Assembly: GCA_963816355.1 (NCBI GenBank)
Contig: CAWFKH010000001.1
Coordinates: 512,001 to 576,000 of the forward strand
Direction of reading: 5' to 3'
Length of the DNA: 64,000 bases
Origin: an uncultured Gemmatimonadales bacterium
GTDB lineage: Bacteria > Gemmatimonadota > Gemmatimonadetes > Longimicrobiales > RSA9
Shown: in pieces, positions 51,244-60,715 of the stretch
How positions within the stretch are numbered: position 1 is the first letter of the stretch
Layout: every line of letters starts with the position of its first letter
Translations under genes and position numbers: made by a program
Notes under the pieces: model-generated
Seen by the model: the letters and a program-made list of their open reading frames with translations, nothing else
Database searches by the model: none
What the model was told of the DNA's origin: nothing

Positions 51244-52127
51244 CGGTGCAGCAGATGGCCGAGGCGGGCCGCCAGCGCGCCCACGCCGAGGCCCGGCCGG
51301 CTGAAGCGGTCCTCATCGACGACGTACACCCGGCCCGATCGCACCGCGGGCAGGTCGCGCCAGCCCGGCGAGGAGCGCAGCCACGCCGTGTCCGGGCGCG
51401 TCGTGTCGGCGACCGGGACGATCGCCACCTCCGGCGCCCGCGCGACGACCTCCTCCAGGGACACGCGCGGCCACGGCGCCGACGCGTCACCGAAAACGTT
51501 GTCGCCGCCGGCGACCGCGATCAGCTCGTCGAGATACGTGCCGGCGCCGACGACCAGCGGCGGATCGTGCGATTCGATGTAGACGACGCGCGGCCGCCGA
51601 CCGCCCGCCGTCGACGTGCGCACCGAATCCAGCTGCGCATCCAGCGCCGTGAGGAGGGAGTCCGCGCGGGCGCGCAGACCGAGCAGCGTTCCCAGGTCCT
51701 GGAGCGTGCCGCGGATGTCCGCGAGCGTCTCCATGCGGGCCGCGTAAACCGCGATCCCGGATGCCGCCAGCCGCGCCACCACTTCCCGCGACCGGTTGTC
51801 CGGCCACGCCACCACCAGCTCCGGCCGCCGCGCCACCAGCCACTCCAGACTCGGCGTCAGACCCCCCCCGACCGACGGCAGCCCCGCGAGCTCCGGCTCG
51901 TCGTCGTAGTCCGTGCGCGCGACGATGCGGTCCGCGGCGCCCAGCCGCACCACCATCTCCGTCGCCGCTGGGATCAGCGCCACCACACGCCGGGCCGGCG
52001 AGTCCACCACGACCCTGCGCCCCGCCGCGTCCCGCACCGCGATCGGCGCCCCCGCATCCTCGTGTGCGCCTCCGCCGCAAGCCGCCACCCCCGCCACGGC
52101 GAGCGCCAGGCCGAGCGCACGACCCAC
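51240..52127 (-). CDS. btuF: Cobalamin-binding lipoprotein (start approximate)
   Basis: VAAC lipobox, RRVVALIPAATE, PSLEWLVARRPELV, AGGDNVF, RPGL. Confidence 0.82.
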   Translation of the reverse strand: MGRALGLALAVAGVAACGGGAHEDAGAPIAVRDAAGRRVVVDSPARRVVALIPAATEMVVRLGAADRIVARTDYDDEPELAGLPSVGGGLTPSLEWLVARRPELVVAWPDNRSREVVARLAASGIAVYAARMETLADIRGTLQDLGTLLGLRARADSLLTALDAQLDSVRTSTAGGRRPRVVYIESHDPPLVVGAGTYLDELIAVAGGDNVFGDASAPWPRVSLEEVVARAPEVAIVPVADTTRPDTAWLRSSPGWRDLPAVRSGRVYVVDEDRFSRPGLGVGALAARLGHLLHR

Positions 52128-52233
52128 GGACCCGCAGGCGGACGCACGGCCGGCAACGCGCGGGCGCGCCGCGCCCGCGCCGCCACCGCGGCGTGGCGCC
52201 GCCCCGTAAAGTGGGACCTCGTTCGGAGAGCGC

Positions 52234-52270
52234 AAAAAACCCGTCCTTTCGCCGGGGCGGAAAGGACGGG
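52234..52270 (-). terminator. Riboswitch-controlled intrinsic terminator
   Basis: CCCGTCCTTTC / GAAAGGACGGG stem followed by TTTTTT. Confidence 0.85.
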
Positions 52271-52315
52271 CGGGAGGAGCATGCATCAGGTGCAACGCTC
52301 CGTTCCTCTCCCGGA

Positions 52316-52509
52316 CCCTTCCCGCGAAGGGCGCTCCTAGGACACGAACGGAGCCGGTCTCCTGGCTCGAGGCCGGTTCGTCCCGCCTTCCCGGAGCTTC
52401 GCTCCAGTGACGATTCCTCGGACGAACCGTTCCGGGCTCGCGCCCGGACCTCTCACAGTGGCGGGGCCGCGCCGGCTTTAAACCGGTCTTCCGTATGGCC
52501 CCGTTCGTG
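52316..52509 (-). ncRNA. Cobalamin riboswitch
   Basis: P1 CACGAACGGGGC / GCTCCGTTCGTG; GGAA-GACCGGTTTAAAGCCGG; CCCGCCACTGT; CACTGG...GGGAAGG; B12 box GAGCCAGGAGACC; downstream CCCTTCGCGGGAAGGG kissing hairpin; lies upstream of btuFCDB. Confidence 0.92.
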
Positions 52510-52522
52510 GTCTCAGACCCCG

Positions 52523-52552
52523 ATAGTACCGCGCGAAGGTCCGGTCCGGCAA
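52523..52552 (-). promoter_or_regulatory. Sigma70 promoter of the btu operon
   Basis: TTGCCG-N18-TACTAT just upstream of the aptamer. Confidence 0.65.
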
Positions 52553-52600
52553 GGCGCCCGGCGCGCGATCCCCGGCGTGCGCAGCATCGCGCGGGCGGTG

Positions 52601-52639
52601 TCGTTCAGTGTTGACAGAACGATCCGAACGTTCCAGGTT
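52601..52639 (+). promoter_or_regulatory. Promoter with an overlapping palindromic operator
   Basis: TTGACA-N17-CAGGTT; inverted repeat TCGTTC-AGTGTTGACA-GAACGA covers the -35. Confidence 0.6.
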
Positions 52640-52679
52640 GGGGCGCCCGGCGAGGGGACGTCTCGCGGAAGGAGTGGAC

Positions 52680-53207
52680 GTGGACGACGCGAGTCAGCGG
52701 TTCATCGAGAAGATGGGGTTGTTGTACGAAGCGGACGGGATGCCGCGGATCGCGGGACGGATCCTGGGGCTCCTGCTGTTGCGGGACGAGGTACTTTCGC
52801 TGGACGATCTGGCGGAGGAGCTGCGGATCAGCAAGGCGAGCGCGAGCGTGAACGCCCGGCAACTGGAGCGGGTGGGGGCGCTGGAGCGGGTGGCGAAGCC
52901 GGGGGATCGGCGGGATTATTACGGGGTGGCGGAGGGGATGGCGGAGCGGATGCTGGAGATCCGGCTGGACCGGGTTTCGCGGTTGCGCAGCCTCCTGGAG
53001 GAGGGGCTGGCGACGGTCGAGGTGGGGTCGTCGGAAGTGCGCGAGCGGCTGGAGGAGGTGGTGGCGTTTCACTGTCACATTCTGGCGGATCTACGGCGGT
53101 CGCTGAGCGGTTGGCAGGGGTGCGAGCGAGGGCAGGGTGAGCGGCGGGAGGGTGAGCGGCGGGAGGGTGAGCGAGGGACGCCGCGGGCGGGGGTGGTGGC
53201 GCGGTAG
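52680..53207 (+). CDS. GbsR/MarR-family transcriptional regulator
   Basis: FIEKMG...GMPRIAGRILGLL, LSLDDLAEELRISKASAS, PGDRRDYY; AAGGAG RBS. Confidence 0.88.
   Translation: MDDASQRFIEKMGLLYEADGMPRIAGRILGLLLLRDEVLSLDDLAEELRISKASASVNARQLERVGALERVAKPGDRRDYYGVAEGMAERMLEIRLDRVSRLRSLLEEGLATVEVGSSEVRERLEEVVAFHCHILADLRRSLSGWQGCERGQGERREGERREGERGTPRAGVVAR
53134..53173 (+). repeat. 15-nt tandem repeat (about 2.7 copies) encoding GERRE in the regulator tail
   Basis: AGGGTGAGCGGCGGG twice plus AGGGTGAGCG. Confidence 0.8.
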
Positions 53208-53259
53208 GGACTGCATCGCCGGCTCGAGCCGGGGTGATCGCGGGAGAACGGAGCGGCGA

Positions 53260-54138
53260 GTGTCGGAGAACGGAGCTGGAGTGGACGAAGCGGCGGAAGC
53301 CGGAGATGCCGGGGCGACGCGCGGGGGCGGGGGCGTCGTGGCGGCGGGCGTCCGCGCGGGGCGGATCCAGCGGAGCCTTGCGGGGGTGGGCCGGAGCGTG
53401 GAGTCGATCGCGCGGCAGGCGGGTCAGATGGCGATTCTGGCATGGCGCGTTCTGGGGTATCTGGTGCGGGGCAAGATCCGGTTCCGGTCGGTGGTGCAGC
53501 AGATCTACGTGATGGGGGTGCAGAGTCTGCCGCTGGTGCTGGTGACGTCGGTGCTTTCGGGGATCGTGACGTCGCAGCAGGGCGGCTATCAGTTCACGGG
53601 GTCGGTGCCGCTGTACGTGCTGGGGAGCGTGGTGGCGGAGGCGGTGATCCTGGAGCTGGGTCCGGTGATGACGGCGATCGTGCTGATCGGCCGGGTGGGG
53701 GCGCGGATCACGGCGGAGTTCGGCACGATGGAGGTGTCGGAGCAGGTGGACGCGCTGTATTCGCTGGGTCGGGATCCGGTGCGGGAGCTTGCGGCGCCGC
53801 GGCTGGTGGCGGGTGTGATCGTGGTGCCGCTGCTGGTCGCGTTCGCGGACGCGGTGGGGCTGTTCGCGGGCATGGTGGCGGCGCGGCAGACGGTCGGACT
53901 GGGGCCGGAGTCGTTCCTGTTCGGCGCGCGGCTGTTCTTCCACACGTGGGATCTGTTCTATTCGCTGGCGAAGGCGGTGTCGTTCGGCTTCGTGATTCCG
54001 CTGATCGCGATCCACATGGGGTTCCAGACGCGAGGCGGCGCGGAGGGCGTGGGGAAGGCGACGACGACATCGGTGATGGCGATGACGCTGGCGGTGCTTC
54101 TGCTGGACGCGCTGTTCCCGCCGTTGCTGCTGAACTGA
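53260..54138 (+). CDS. mlaE: MlaE-family ABC permease
   Basis: ELGPVMTAIVLIGRVGARITAEFGTMEVSEQVDAL, GGAEGVGKATT; start approximate. Confidence 0.9.
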   Translation: MSENGAGVDEAAEAGDAGATRGGGGVVAAGVRAGRIQRSLAGVGRSVESIARQAGQMAILAWRVLGYLVRGKIRFRSVVQQIYVMGVQSLPLVLVTSVLSGIVTSQQGGYQFTGSVPLYVLGSVVAEAVILELGPVMTAIVLIGRVGARITAEFGTMEVSEQVDALYSLGRDPVRELAAPRLVAGVIVVPLLVAFADAVGLFAGMVAARQTVGLGPESFLFGARLFFHTWDLFYSLAKAVSFGFVIPLIAIHMGFQTRGGAEGVGKATTTSVMAMTLAVLLLDALFPPLLLN

Positions 54139-54147
54139 GGGGAAGGA

Positions 54148-54915
54148 ATGGTCGAGTACCAGGATGTATGGAAGGCGTTCGACGCGCCGGTGCTGACGGG
54201 GGTGACGCTGACGGTCGGCGACGGCGAGACGATGTCGATCGTGGGGCGGTCGGGTCAGGGGAAGAGCGTGCTGCTGAAGACGACGATCGGTCTGATCGTG
54301 CCGGACCGGGGTGACGTCCGTGTCGGGGGCGAGTCGGTCTTTTTCGGCGGGCGGGGGGTGGTGGAGCGGGTGCGCTGCAAGGTGGGCTACGTCTTTCAGA
54401 ACGCGGCGCTCTTCGATTCGATGACGGTGTTCGAGAACGTGTCGGAGGGGTTGACGGAGGGGGAGTTGCGGCGGCTTCCGCGCAGGGAGGTGGTGTCGCG
54501 TGTGGCGGATGCGCTGGAGCACGTGAACCTCGATCCGCGTCTGGTGCTGGCGAAGCTGCCATCGGAGCTGTCGGGGGGGATGCGGAAGCGGGTGGGCGTG
54601 GCGCGCGCGATCGTGGGGCGCCCGGAGATCCTGCTGTACGACGAGCCGGTGACGGGACTCGATCCGGTGAACGCGGCGGTGGTGCACCAGCTGATCGAGC
54701 GCCTGGCGGACGAGCTGGGCATCACGTCGATCATCGTGACGCACGATGTGGAGGGGGCGTTGGAGATCTCGGATCACGTGGCGATGCTGGAGGGCGGGCG
54801 CATCCTGTTCGTCGGCACGCCGTACGAATTCCGCAACAGCTCGGAGCCGATGGTCCGGGCGTTCCTCGAGCGTCAGGCGGTGGTCCCGCCGGCGCCCACC
54901 ATGGAGATGGCGTGA
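54148..54915 (+). CDS. mlaF: MlaF-family ABC ATPase
   Basis: GRSGQGKS, FQNAALFDSMTVFENV, LSGGMRKRV, YDEPVTGLDP. Confidence 0.92.
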   Translation: MVEYQDVWKAFDAPVLTGVTLTVGDGETMSIVGRSGQGKSVLLKTTIGLIVPDRGDVRVGGESVFFGGRGVVERVRCKVGYVFQNAALFDSMTVFENVSEGLTEGELRRLPRREVVSRVADALEHVNLDPRLVLAKLPSELSGGMRKRVGVARAIVGRPEILLYDEPVTGLDPVNAAVVHQLIERLADELGITSIIVTHDVEGALEISDHVAMLEGGRILFVGTPYEFRNSSEPMVRAFLERQAVVPPAPTMEMA

Positions 54916-55868
54916 TGTCGACGACGGCTCCGAGCGAGACGGAACGCGGCGGCTCGGCGCGCGAGCGGCAGCTCGAAGCGGTGCTGCCGCGGCGCTCCTC
55001 GATGCGTGAGGTGTGGGTGGGGATCTTCGCGATCGTCGGCGTGCTGGGGCTGCTGGTGGCGCTGTTCACGCTGACGGACGCGTCGCTCTTCCGCGGCCGC
55101 AGCACGATCACGTCGGTCGTGCCGAACGCGGGCGGGCTGCGAAAAGGCGATCCGGTGCAGATGCGCGGCGTCAACATCGGCCGCGTGAGCGACTTCGACA
55201 TCGGTGCGGCGGGGGTCGGGATCCAGCTCGAGATCGAAGGGGAGTACCACATCCCGGTGGATTCGCGCATGGTGCTTCAGTCCAGCGGTCTGCTGGGCGG
55301 AATGGTCGCCGACGTCATCCCGGGCTCCTCGCCGGAGGAAGTGAGCTCGGGCGACACCATACCGGGCGCGTCCGGCGCCTCCTTCGCCGAGTCGACGGAG
55401 ACGTTGACGAGCGGCGCGGAGACGGCGCTGGAGCGGATCAACGGCCTGTTGTCGCAGCCGACCGTGGACGCGGTGGGGCAGAGCGCGGTCGCGCTGCACA
55501 ACACGCTGAGCGGGCTGGCGGCGATGGTCGACGCGGAGCGGCGCGAGGTCGCGGCGCTGGTCGCGAATCTGCGGCAGACCTCGGCGGTGGTGCAGGATGC
55601 GGCGGCGCAAGGCCGGCTGGCGGAGACGATGACGCACCTGAACGGCATGTCGCAGCAGCTCGACTCGACGGCGGCGAGCCTGAACCGGGCGACCGCGTCG
55701 CTGGAGACGGTGCTGGGGCGGATCGAGCGAGGGGAGGGGACGCTCGGCCGGCTGTCGACGGACGACGCGCTCTACGCCAACCTCAATGCGGCGAGCGTGA
55801 GCCTGCGGCGGCTGCTGGACGACGTGCGCGAGAACCCGAAGCGCTATCTGAGCGTGCGCGTCTTCTGA
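54915..55868 (+). CDS. mlaD: MlaD/MCE-family protein
   Basis: EVWVGIF transmembrane segment, AGGLRKGDPVQMRGVNIGRV, GLLG, GEGTLGRL..DDALY, NPKRY. Confidence 0.9.
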   Translation: MSTTAPSETERGGSARERQLEAVLPRRSSMREVWVGIFAIVGVLGLLVALFTLTDASLFRGRSTITSVVPNAGGLRKGDPVQMRGVNIGRVSDFDIGAAGVGIQLEIEGEYHIPVDSRMVLQSSGLLGGMVADVIPGSSPEEVSSGDTIPGASGASFAESTETLTSGAETALERINGLLSQPTVDAVGQSAVALHNTLSGLAAMVDAERREVAALVANLRQTSAVVQDAAAQGRLAETMTHLNGMSQQLDSTAASLNRATASLETVLGRIERGEGTLGRLSTDDALYANLNAASVSLRRLLDDVRENPKRYLSVRVF

Positions 55869-55898
55869 GGGGCGGTGAGGGGCGCGCGGCGCGAACCG

Positions 55899-56949
55899 CT
55901 ACCCGCCGCCCGGGCTCGCGGAGCCCTTGATCGTGTCGCCCGAGACGGGTGCCGGCCCGCGGACCAGGGCGGAGCCGGCGCCGCAGCGTCCGTCGTAGAT
56001 CCTGCGCCAGCCTTCGGGCCTCCTGCCGATGGCGCTGAACCAGGCGCGATCGGCGCCGTAGTTCTCGAGGAGGAGCTCGACGGAGCCATCGCGGTTCCAG
56101 TCGAGGAAGTCGATGGCGCGGCTCGCGAGCTTGCCGCCTGCGGTGTAGTCGGCGTAGCGGGCGTAGACGGTGTCGTAGCCCGCCTGCGCGTTGGGCATGG
56201 CGAGGAAGAAGAGGGAGAAGCCGTTGTCGTCGGGGCCCACGCGCAGCTCGTCGCCGACGAGCAGGCTCGCGGCGAAGGCGGGGTCGGGCATGCCCTCGAC
56301 GGGGAAGGGCAGGATCTGGCGCATGGCGGCTTGCCAGTTGCCCGGCAGTTGCGAATTGCGGGCGCGCAGGAGTCGTTCGGCGAGGATCGGCCCGATCACC
56401 TGCATGCGGCGGGTGGTGGCGACCTCGATGCGCATCGATTCCGGCGCGCTGCGCTTGGCCATGGCGATGAATTCCGAGATCGAGTCGGCGCCGTGGAGCG
56501 AGCTCGACGCCGCCGCGCACGACGGGCAGCGGCGGGCAGACGCCCTTGGGCGCGGGCGAGGCGGAGCCGACGACGAAGGTGCCGAGGCGGATGCCGTGAT
56601 GGTAGAGCGCGAACTCGCTACCCTGGCGCAGCCGGTCGGCGATGAAGCGGTTGTCGAACTCGGCGGCGTCGGCGCCGGTGCGGATCGCGTGCAGCGAGTC
56701 GGGTCCGATCTCCGCGATCGGGATCATGACGGGTCCGTCGCCGCCGGTGCGGACGTAGTAGAGGATCGGCGCGGAGGGGAGCGGCGCGCCGGCCGGCGCG
56801 GAATCGGCCACGGCAACGGGCGTTTCGCCCTTCGGTGGCGGCGGGACGATGGCGATGCTCGCACCGCCCCAGTCGACGTTGTCGCAGGCCGCGGCGAGGG
56901 TTACAATCATGGCGACAAGGAGCCGCAAGTACTTCCGTGTCCGCATCAT
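55899..56949 (-). pseudogene. Lipoprotein of unknown function split by a frameshift near 56495; may be intact in vivo
   Basis: MMRTRK...LAAAC lipobox; protein-like sequence up to GGVELAP continues as GADSISEFIAMAKR in another frame, ending with an FG-GAP-like DWNRDGSVELL. Confidence 0.65.
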
Positions 56950-57093
56950 AACCAGATTTCCGAATCCGCCTCTCCGCCGGGGCTTCCGTTTCCGGGACCG
57001 TCCCGCCAAGCTAGGCTCGACCGCGAGGCGTCGCAACGCAGGGGCGTGCGCCGGCGCCGCACAACCGTCGTGAGTGAGGAGCCGAAGCCGTCC

Positions 57094-57576
57094 ATGTCGA
57101 TCGATCCGTCGGAGTTCCGGCGCGTCCTCGGCCACTTCGTGACCGGAGTGAGCATCGTCGCCGCGCGCGATCCCCGGACGGGCGTGCCGCACGGCTTGAC
57201 GGTGAACGCGCTGAGCTCGGTTTCGCTGGAACCGCCGCTGGTGCTCGCGTGCATCGAGCAGGACGCGATCTCGCACGGCGTCCTCGAGTTGTCGGACGGC
57301 TTCAGCGTGAACATCCTGGACACCGACGCGGAGGCGCTCTCGCGGCGCTTCGCGGTCACGGAAGGCGGCGACAAATTCGAGGGTGTGGCGTGGCACGAGG
57401 AGGCGACGGGTGCGCCGGTGCTCGACGCCGCGCTGGCGTGGCTCGACTGCCGGGTGTGGGCGCGTCACCGCGCGGGCGACCACACGATCTTCATCGGCCT
57501 CGTGATCGACGCCGCCGCCCGCGAGGGGCGGCCGCTCGTGTTCTACCGCGGCGGCTACGGCCGCTACATCCCCTGA
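57094..57576 (+). CDS. Flavin reductase family protein
   Basis: FRRVLGHFVTGV, GLTVNALSSVSLEPPLV, FSVNIL, AGDHTIFIG, PLVFYRGGY. Confidence 0.93.
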   Translation: MSIDPSEFRRVLGHFVTGVSIVAARDPRTGVPHGLTVNALSSVSLEPPLVLACIEQDAISHGVLELSDGFSVNILDTDAEALSRRFAVTEGGDKFEGVAWHEEATGAPVLDAALAWLDCRVWARHRAGDHTIFIGLVIDAAAREGRPLVFYRGGYGRYIP

Positions 57577-57586
57577 CGGGCCGTCC

Positions 57587-58235
57587 ATGAGGCCGCGCAC
57601 CACGGCGGTGCGGCTCGCGGCGGCGGCGGGCGCGGGCGGGGCTCTCGCGATGACCGTCGAGGTCGGCGCCGCGCTGCTGCTGTACGGCGGCCGCGGCGCG
57701 CTGCTGGCGGGCGGTGGCCTCTTCGGCGTCTCGCTGGCGGCGCTGGGCGCGGGTCTGTGGGCGGGCGGTGGCGCCGCCGACGCGCCGCTGCTGGAGGCGC
57801 CGCCGAGCCTCTGGCGCTGGCGCGGCGCCGCCGGATCCCTGCTGCTGGCGGCGCTCTTCGCGGGGCTGTGGTTGAGGGCGACGGCGCTGCGCGACGTGGA
57901 GGGCGCGCGCGCGATCGCGGTTCTCGCGCTCATCGGCCTTCCCGGCTACGCGCACGGGTCGCTGCTCGCCGCGCTGCACGGGCGGGCGGCCGCGGAACGC
58001 GCCGCGCGGGGCGGGCCGGGCGCCTGAGGGCGGAGCGGCGGCGGCGGGCGTGGCGGTGCCGGCGACGATGGCGGGCGCGGTCGCGGCGCTCGGCGGGGCG
58101 GTGCTGATCGCGAAGCTGGGCGCGGTGCTGCTGCTGCTGGACGGGGCGATCCTGGTGGCCCTGCTCGGGATCGCCGAAGCACGATCGGGCGCGGGTCCGG
58201 TGGAGGGCCCGGCAATGGCGGAAGGGGGCGTTCGC
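57587..58235 (+). CDS. Hydrophobic membrane protein, apparently frameshifted near 58010 and running in frame into the SDR
   Basis: ORF 57587-58027 is a series of hydrophobic helices; more such helices continue in the +1 frame with no stop before the SDR. Confidence 0.5.
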
Positions 58236-58958
58236 ATGGAGGGCAAGGGCGTTCTCGTGACCGGCGTCGGTCGCGAGGGGCAGGTGGGCTACGCAGTGGC
58301 CGAGGCGTTCGTCCGCGCGGGGGCGCGTGTGCTGCTGACGAACGTGCACGACACCGTCGAGAGCCTCGCCACGCGCCTCGCGGAGAGATACGACGCCGCC
58401 GATCGCGTGTTCAGCGCGGCCGCGGACCTGACGCGCGGCTACGAGGTCGAGCGCCTGATGAATGCGGCGCGCGGGCGGCTGGGCGGGCTCGACGCGCTGG
58501 TGCACGTGGCGGGCGGCCTCTCCGTCATCAAGCCGATCGGCGAGACCTCGGAGGAGGAGTGGGAGCGGGAGATGGAGCGCAACGCGCGGACCACCTTCCT
58601 CGTGTGTCGCTACGCGCTCCCGCTGCTGCGCCGGCGGCGCGGCTCGATCGTGACGTTCGCTTCCCCCGCGGCGGTCGAGGGCGGTGCGCGGATGGTCGCT
58701 TACGCCGCGGCCAAGGCGGCCGTGCTCGCGCTCACGCGCTCGCTGGCGCTGGAGGAGGCGGAGCACGGCGTGCGCGTCAACGCGATCCTGCCGGGGCTGG
58801 TCGACACGGCGCAGAACCGCGCGGCGTTCGGCGAGAACGAGGCGCACTGGGTGACGCGCGAGGAGGTGGCGAGCGTCGCACTCTTCCTCGCCAGCGACGC
58901 GGCCTCCGGCGTGAGTGGTGAGGCGGTGCGCGTGCTCGGCGACGGCCTCGCCGGCTGA
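58236..58958 (+). CDS. Short-chain dehydrogenase/reductase
   Basis: LVTGVGREGQVG, LVHVAGG, YAAAK, VRVNAILPG.VDT. Confidence 0.9.
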   Translation: MEGKGVLVTGVGREGQVGYAVAEAFVRAGARVLLTNVHDTVESLATRLAERYDAADRVFSAAADLTRGYEVERLMNAARGRLGGLDALVHVAGGLSVIKPIGETSEEEWEREMERNARTTFLVCRYALPLLRRRRGSIVTFASPAAVEGGARMVAYAAAKAAVLALTRSLALEEAEHGVRVNAILPGLVDTAQNRAAFGENEAHWVTREEVASVALFLASDAASGVSGEAVRVLGDGLAG

Positions 58959-58985
58959 GCGCCAGCGGAAGAGCGCGGAGGAGAG

Positions 58986-59513
58986 GTGAGCAAGCACGTG
59001 GAGGACGAGACGGAAGCGCGGACGTGGAACCCGGGCGGCGCCCCGGCCGAGGCGGCGTTCTCGGAAGAGGAGATCCACAGCGCGCTCGCGCTGCACATGC
59101 CGGAGCCGGACGCGGCCCGCGAAGCGGCGTCGATCGCGCGTTCGTTGGGCGACACGCACGTCACCGGCGCGGTCCTGAACTCCGACATGCTCGCGATGCT
59201 CGCCGTCGTCTCGCCGGAGCTGGAGCGGCGCGTGGCGCGCTACCGCGAAGCGCAGTGGGAGCGGAGGCGACGCGCGTGGCTCGGACGCGCGCGGCGCGCC
59301 CGGCTGTCGTCGCCGGGGGCCCCGGCGACGACCGGGGACTCCGGCCGCGAGGGCGACGCCGGGCTGGAGCGCGAGTGGCGGGCGTTCCGCGCGGCGCGGG
59401 AGGCGGAGTTCGAGGCGCTGCGCGAGCGCGTCGCAGCCGCGGCCGCCGGGGGCCGCAGCGCGCCGGGGGCCGACCGATTCGTACAGCTCCGACCGGGACC
59501 GCAGCGGCCGTGA
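58986..59513 (+). CDS. Hypothetical protein coupled to sbcD
   Basis: GGAG-rich RBS, host-like codons, fills the gap and overlaps the sbcD start (GTGA). Confidence 0.6.
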   Translation: MSKHVEDETEARTWNPGGAPAEAAFSEEEIHSALALHMPEPDAAREAASIARSLGDTHVTGAVLNSDMLAMLAVVSPELERRVARYREAQWERRRRAWLGRARRARLSSPGAPATTGDSGREGDAGLEREWRAFRAAREAEFEALRERVAAAAAGGRSAPGADRFVQLRPGPQRP

Positions 59514-60715
59514 TCCTCGCCCACCTCGCCGACCTCCACCTCGGCTACCGGGCGTACCACCGGATCGTGCCGGGCGGCGTGAACGCGCGGGAGCGCGACG
59601 TCGCGGATGCGTTCCGCGCGGCGGTCGACGCCGTCGTATCGCTGCGGCCGGACGTCGTCCTCGTGGCGGGCGACGTCTTCCACGCCGTGCGGCCGCCCAA
59701 CGCGGCGATCGCCGAAGCGTTCCGGCAATTCGCGCGGCTGCGCGCGGCGCTGCCGGACGCGCCGGTCGTCGTGATCTCGGGAAACCATGATTCGCCGCGC
59801 TCGGTGGAGACGGGGAGCATTCTGCGGCTGCTGAGCGAGATCGAGGGCGTGACGGTGGTGGAGGACGGGGCGCGCGCGGTCCGGCTGGACCGCCTCGACC
59901 TCAGCGTATTCTGCGTGCCGCACGCCGCGTTGCGCGGGGAGCGCGTGCCATGGGAGCCGGATCCGGGTGCGGCGACGAACGTGCTGATGGCGCACGGCAC
60001 GGTCACCGGCGACGCGGTACGGGGCAAGCTTCGTTTCCTGGGCGAGTACGGGGCCGCGGACCTCACGCTGGAGGAGTTGCGGCCGGAGGCGTGGGCGTAC
60101 GTCGCGCTGGGCCACTACCACATCGCGACCGAGCTCGCGCCGAACGTCTGGTACGCCGGCGGGACGGAGCGCACGACGTCGAACATCTGGGAGGAGGCGT
60201 CGGGCGAGAAGGGGTTCCTGACGCACGATACGGCGACGGGCCGAACGCGGTTCCATCCGCTGCCGACGCGCGCGGTGATCGACCTGCCGCGACTGAGCGC
60301 GCGCGGCATCAATGCGGCGGAGCTGGACGCGCGCATACGCGCCGCGGTCGAGGCGGTGCCGGGCGGCATCGCGGACCGGATCGTACGCCTGGTCGTGGAC
60401 AATGTGCCGCGCGACCTGCTGCGCGACCTGGACCACCGGCGGCTGCGCGCGTATCGAGCGGAGGCGCTGCACTTCCACTTCGACGCGCGGCGGCCGGAGG
60501 TGCCGCCCGCGATGGGCGCGGCGGCCGCGGAGCCGCATCGCACGCTCGAGGAGGAGCTGGAGGCCTTCCTGCGCGGGCGCTGGGAGGCGACGACGTCGTC
60601 GATCGAGCGGGAGCGGCTGGTGCGGCTGGCGCTCGGCTACCTCGCCGAAGCGGGGCCGACGGCGGACGACGAGGAGGGGCTGGAGCCGCTCGCACCCTCT
60701 TCCGAGCCGTCATGA
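59510..60715 (+). CDS. sbcD: SbcD/Mre11 DNA repair nuclease
   Basis: HLADLHLG, AGDVFH, ISGNHD, AHG, ALGHYH, EKGF. Confidence 0.92.
   Translation: MILAHLADLHLGYRAYHRIVPGGVNARERDVADAFRAAVDAVVSLRPDVVLVAGDVFHAVRPPNAAIAEAFRQFARLRAALPDAPVVVISGNHDSPRSVETGSILRLLSEIEGVTVVEDGARAVRLDRLDLSVFCVPHAALRGERVPWEPDPGAATNVLMAHGTVTGDAVRGKLRFLGEYGAADLTLEELRPEAWAYVALGHYHIATELAPNVWYAGGTERTTSNIWEEASGEKGFLTHDTATGRTRFHPLPTRAVIDLPRLSARGINAAELDARIRAAVEAVPGGIADRIVRLVVDNVPRDLLRDLDHRRLRAYRAEALHFHFDARRPEVPPAMGAAAAEPHRTLEEELEAFLRGRWEATTSSIERERLVRLALGYLAEAGPTADDEEGLEPLAPSSEPS

Noticed and set aside
52128..52295. N-terminal extension of BtuF in the ORF track
   Set aside because: It overlaps the riboswitch terminator hairpin and precedes the lipoprotein signal; the true start is likely downstream.
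53134..53173. 15-nt tandem repeat as a phase-variation or functional element
   Set aside because: In-frame, under three copies and in a likely disordered tail; simple slippage is sufficient.
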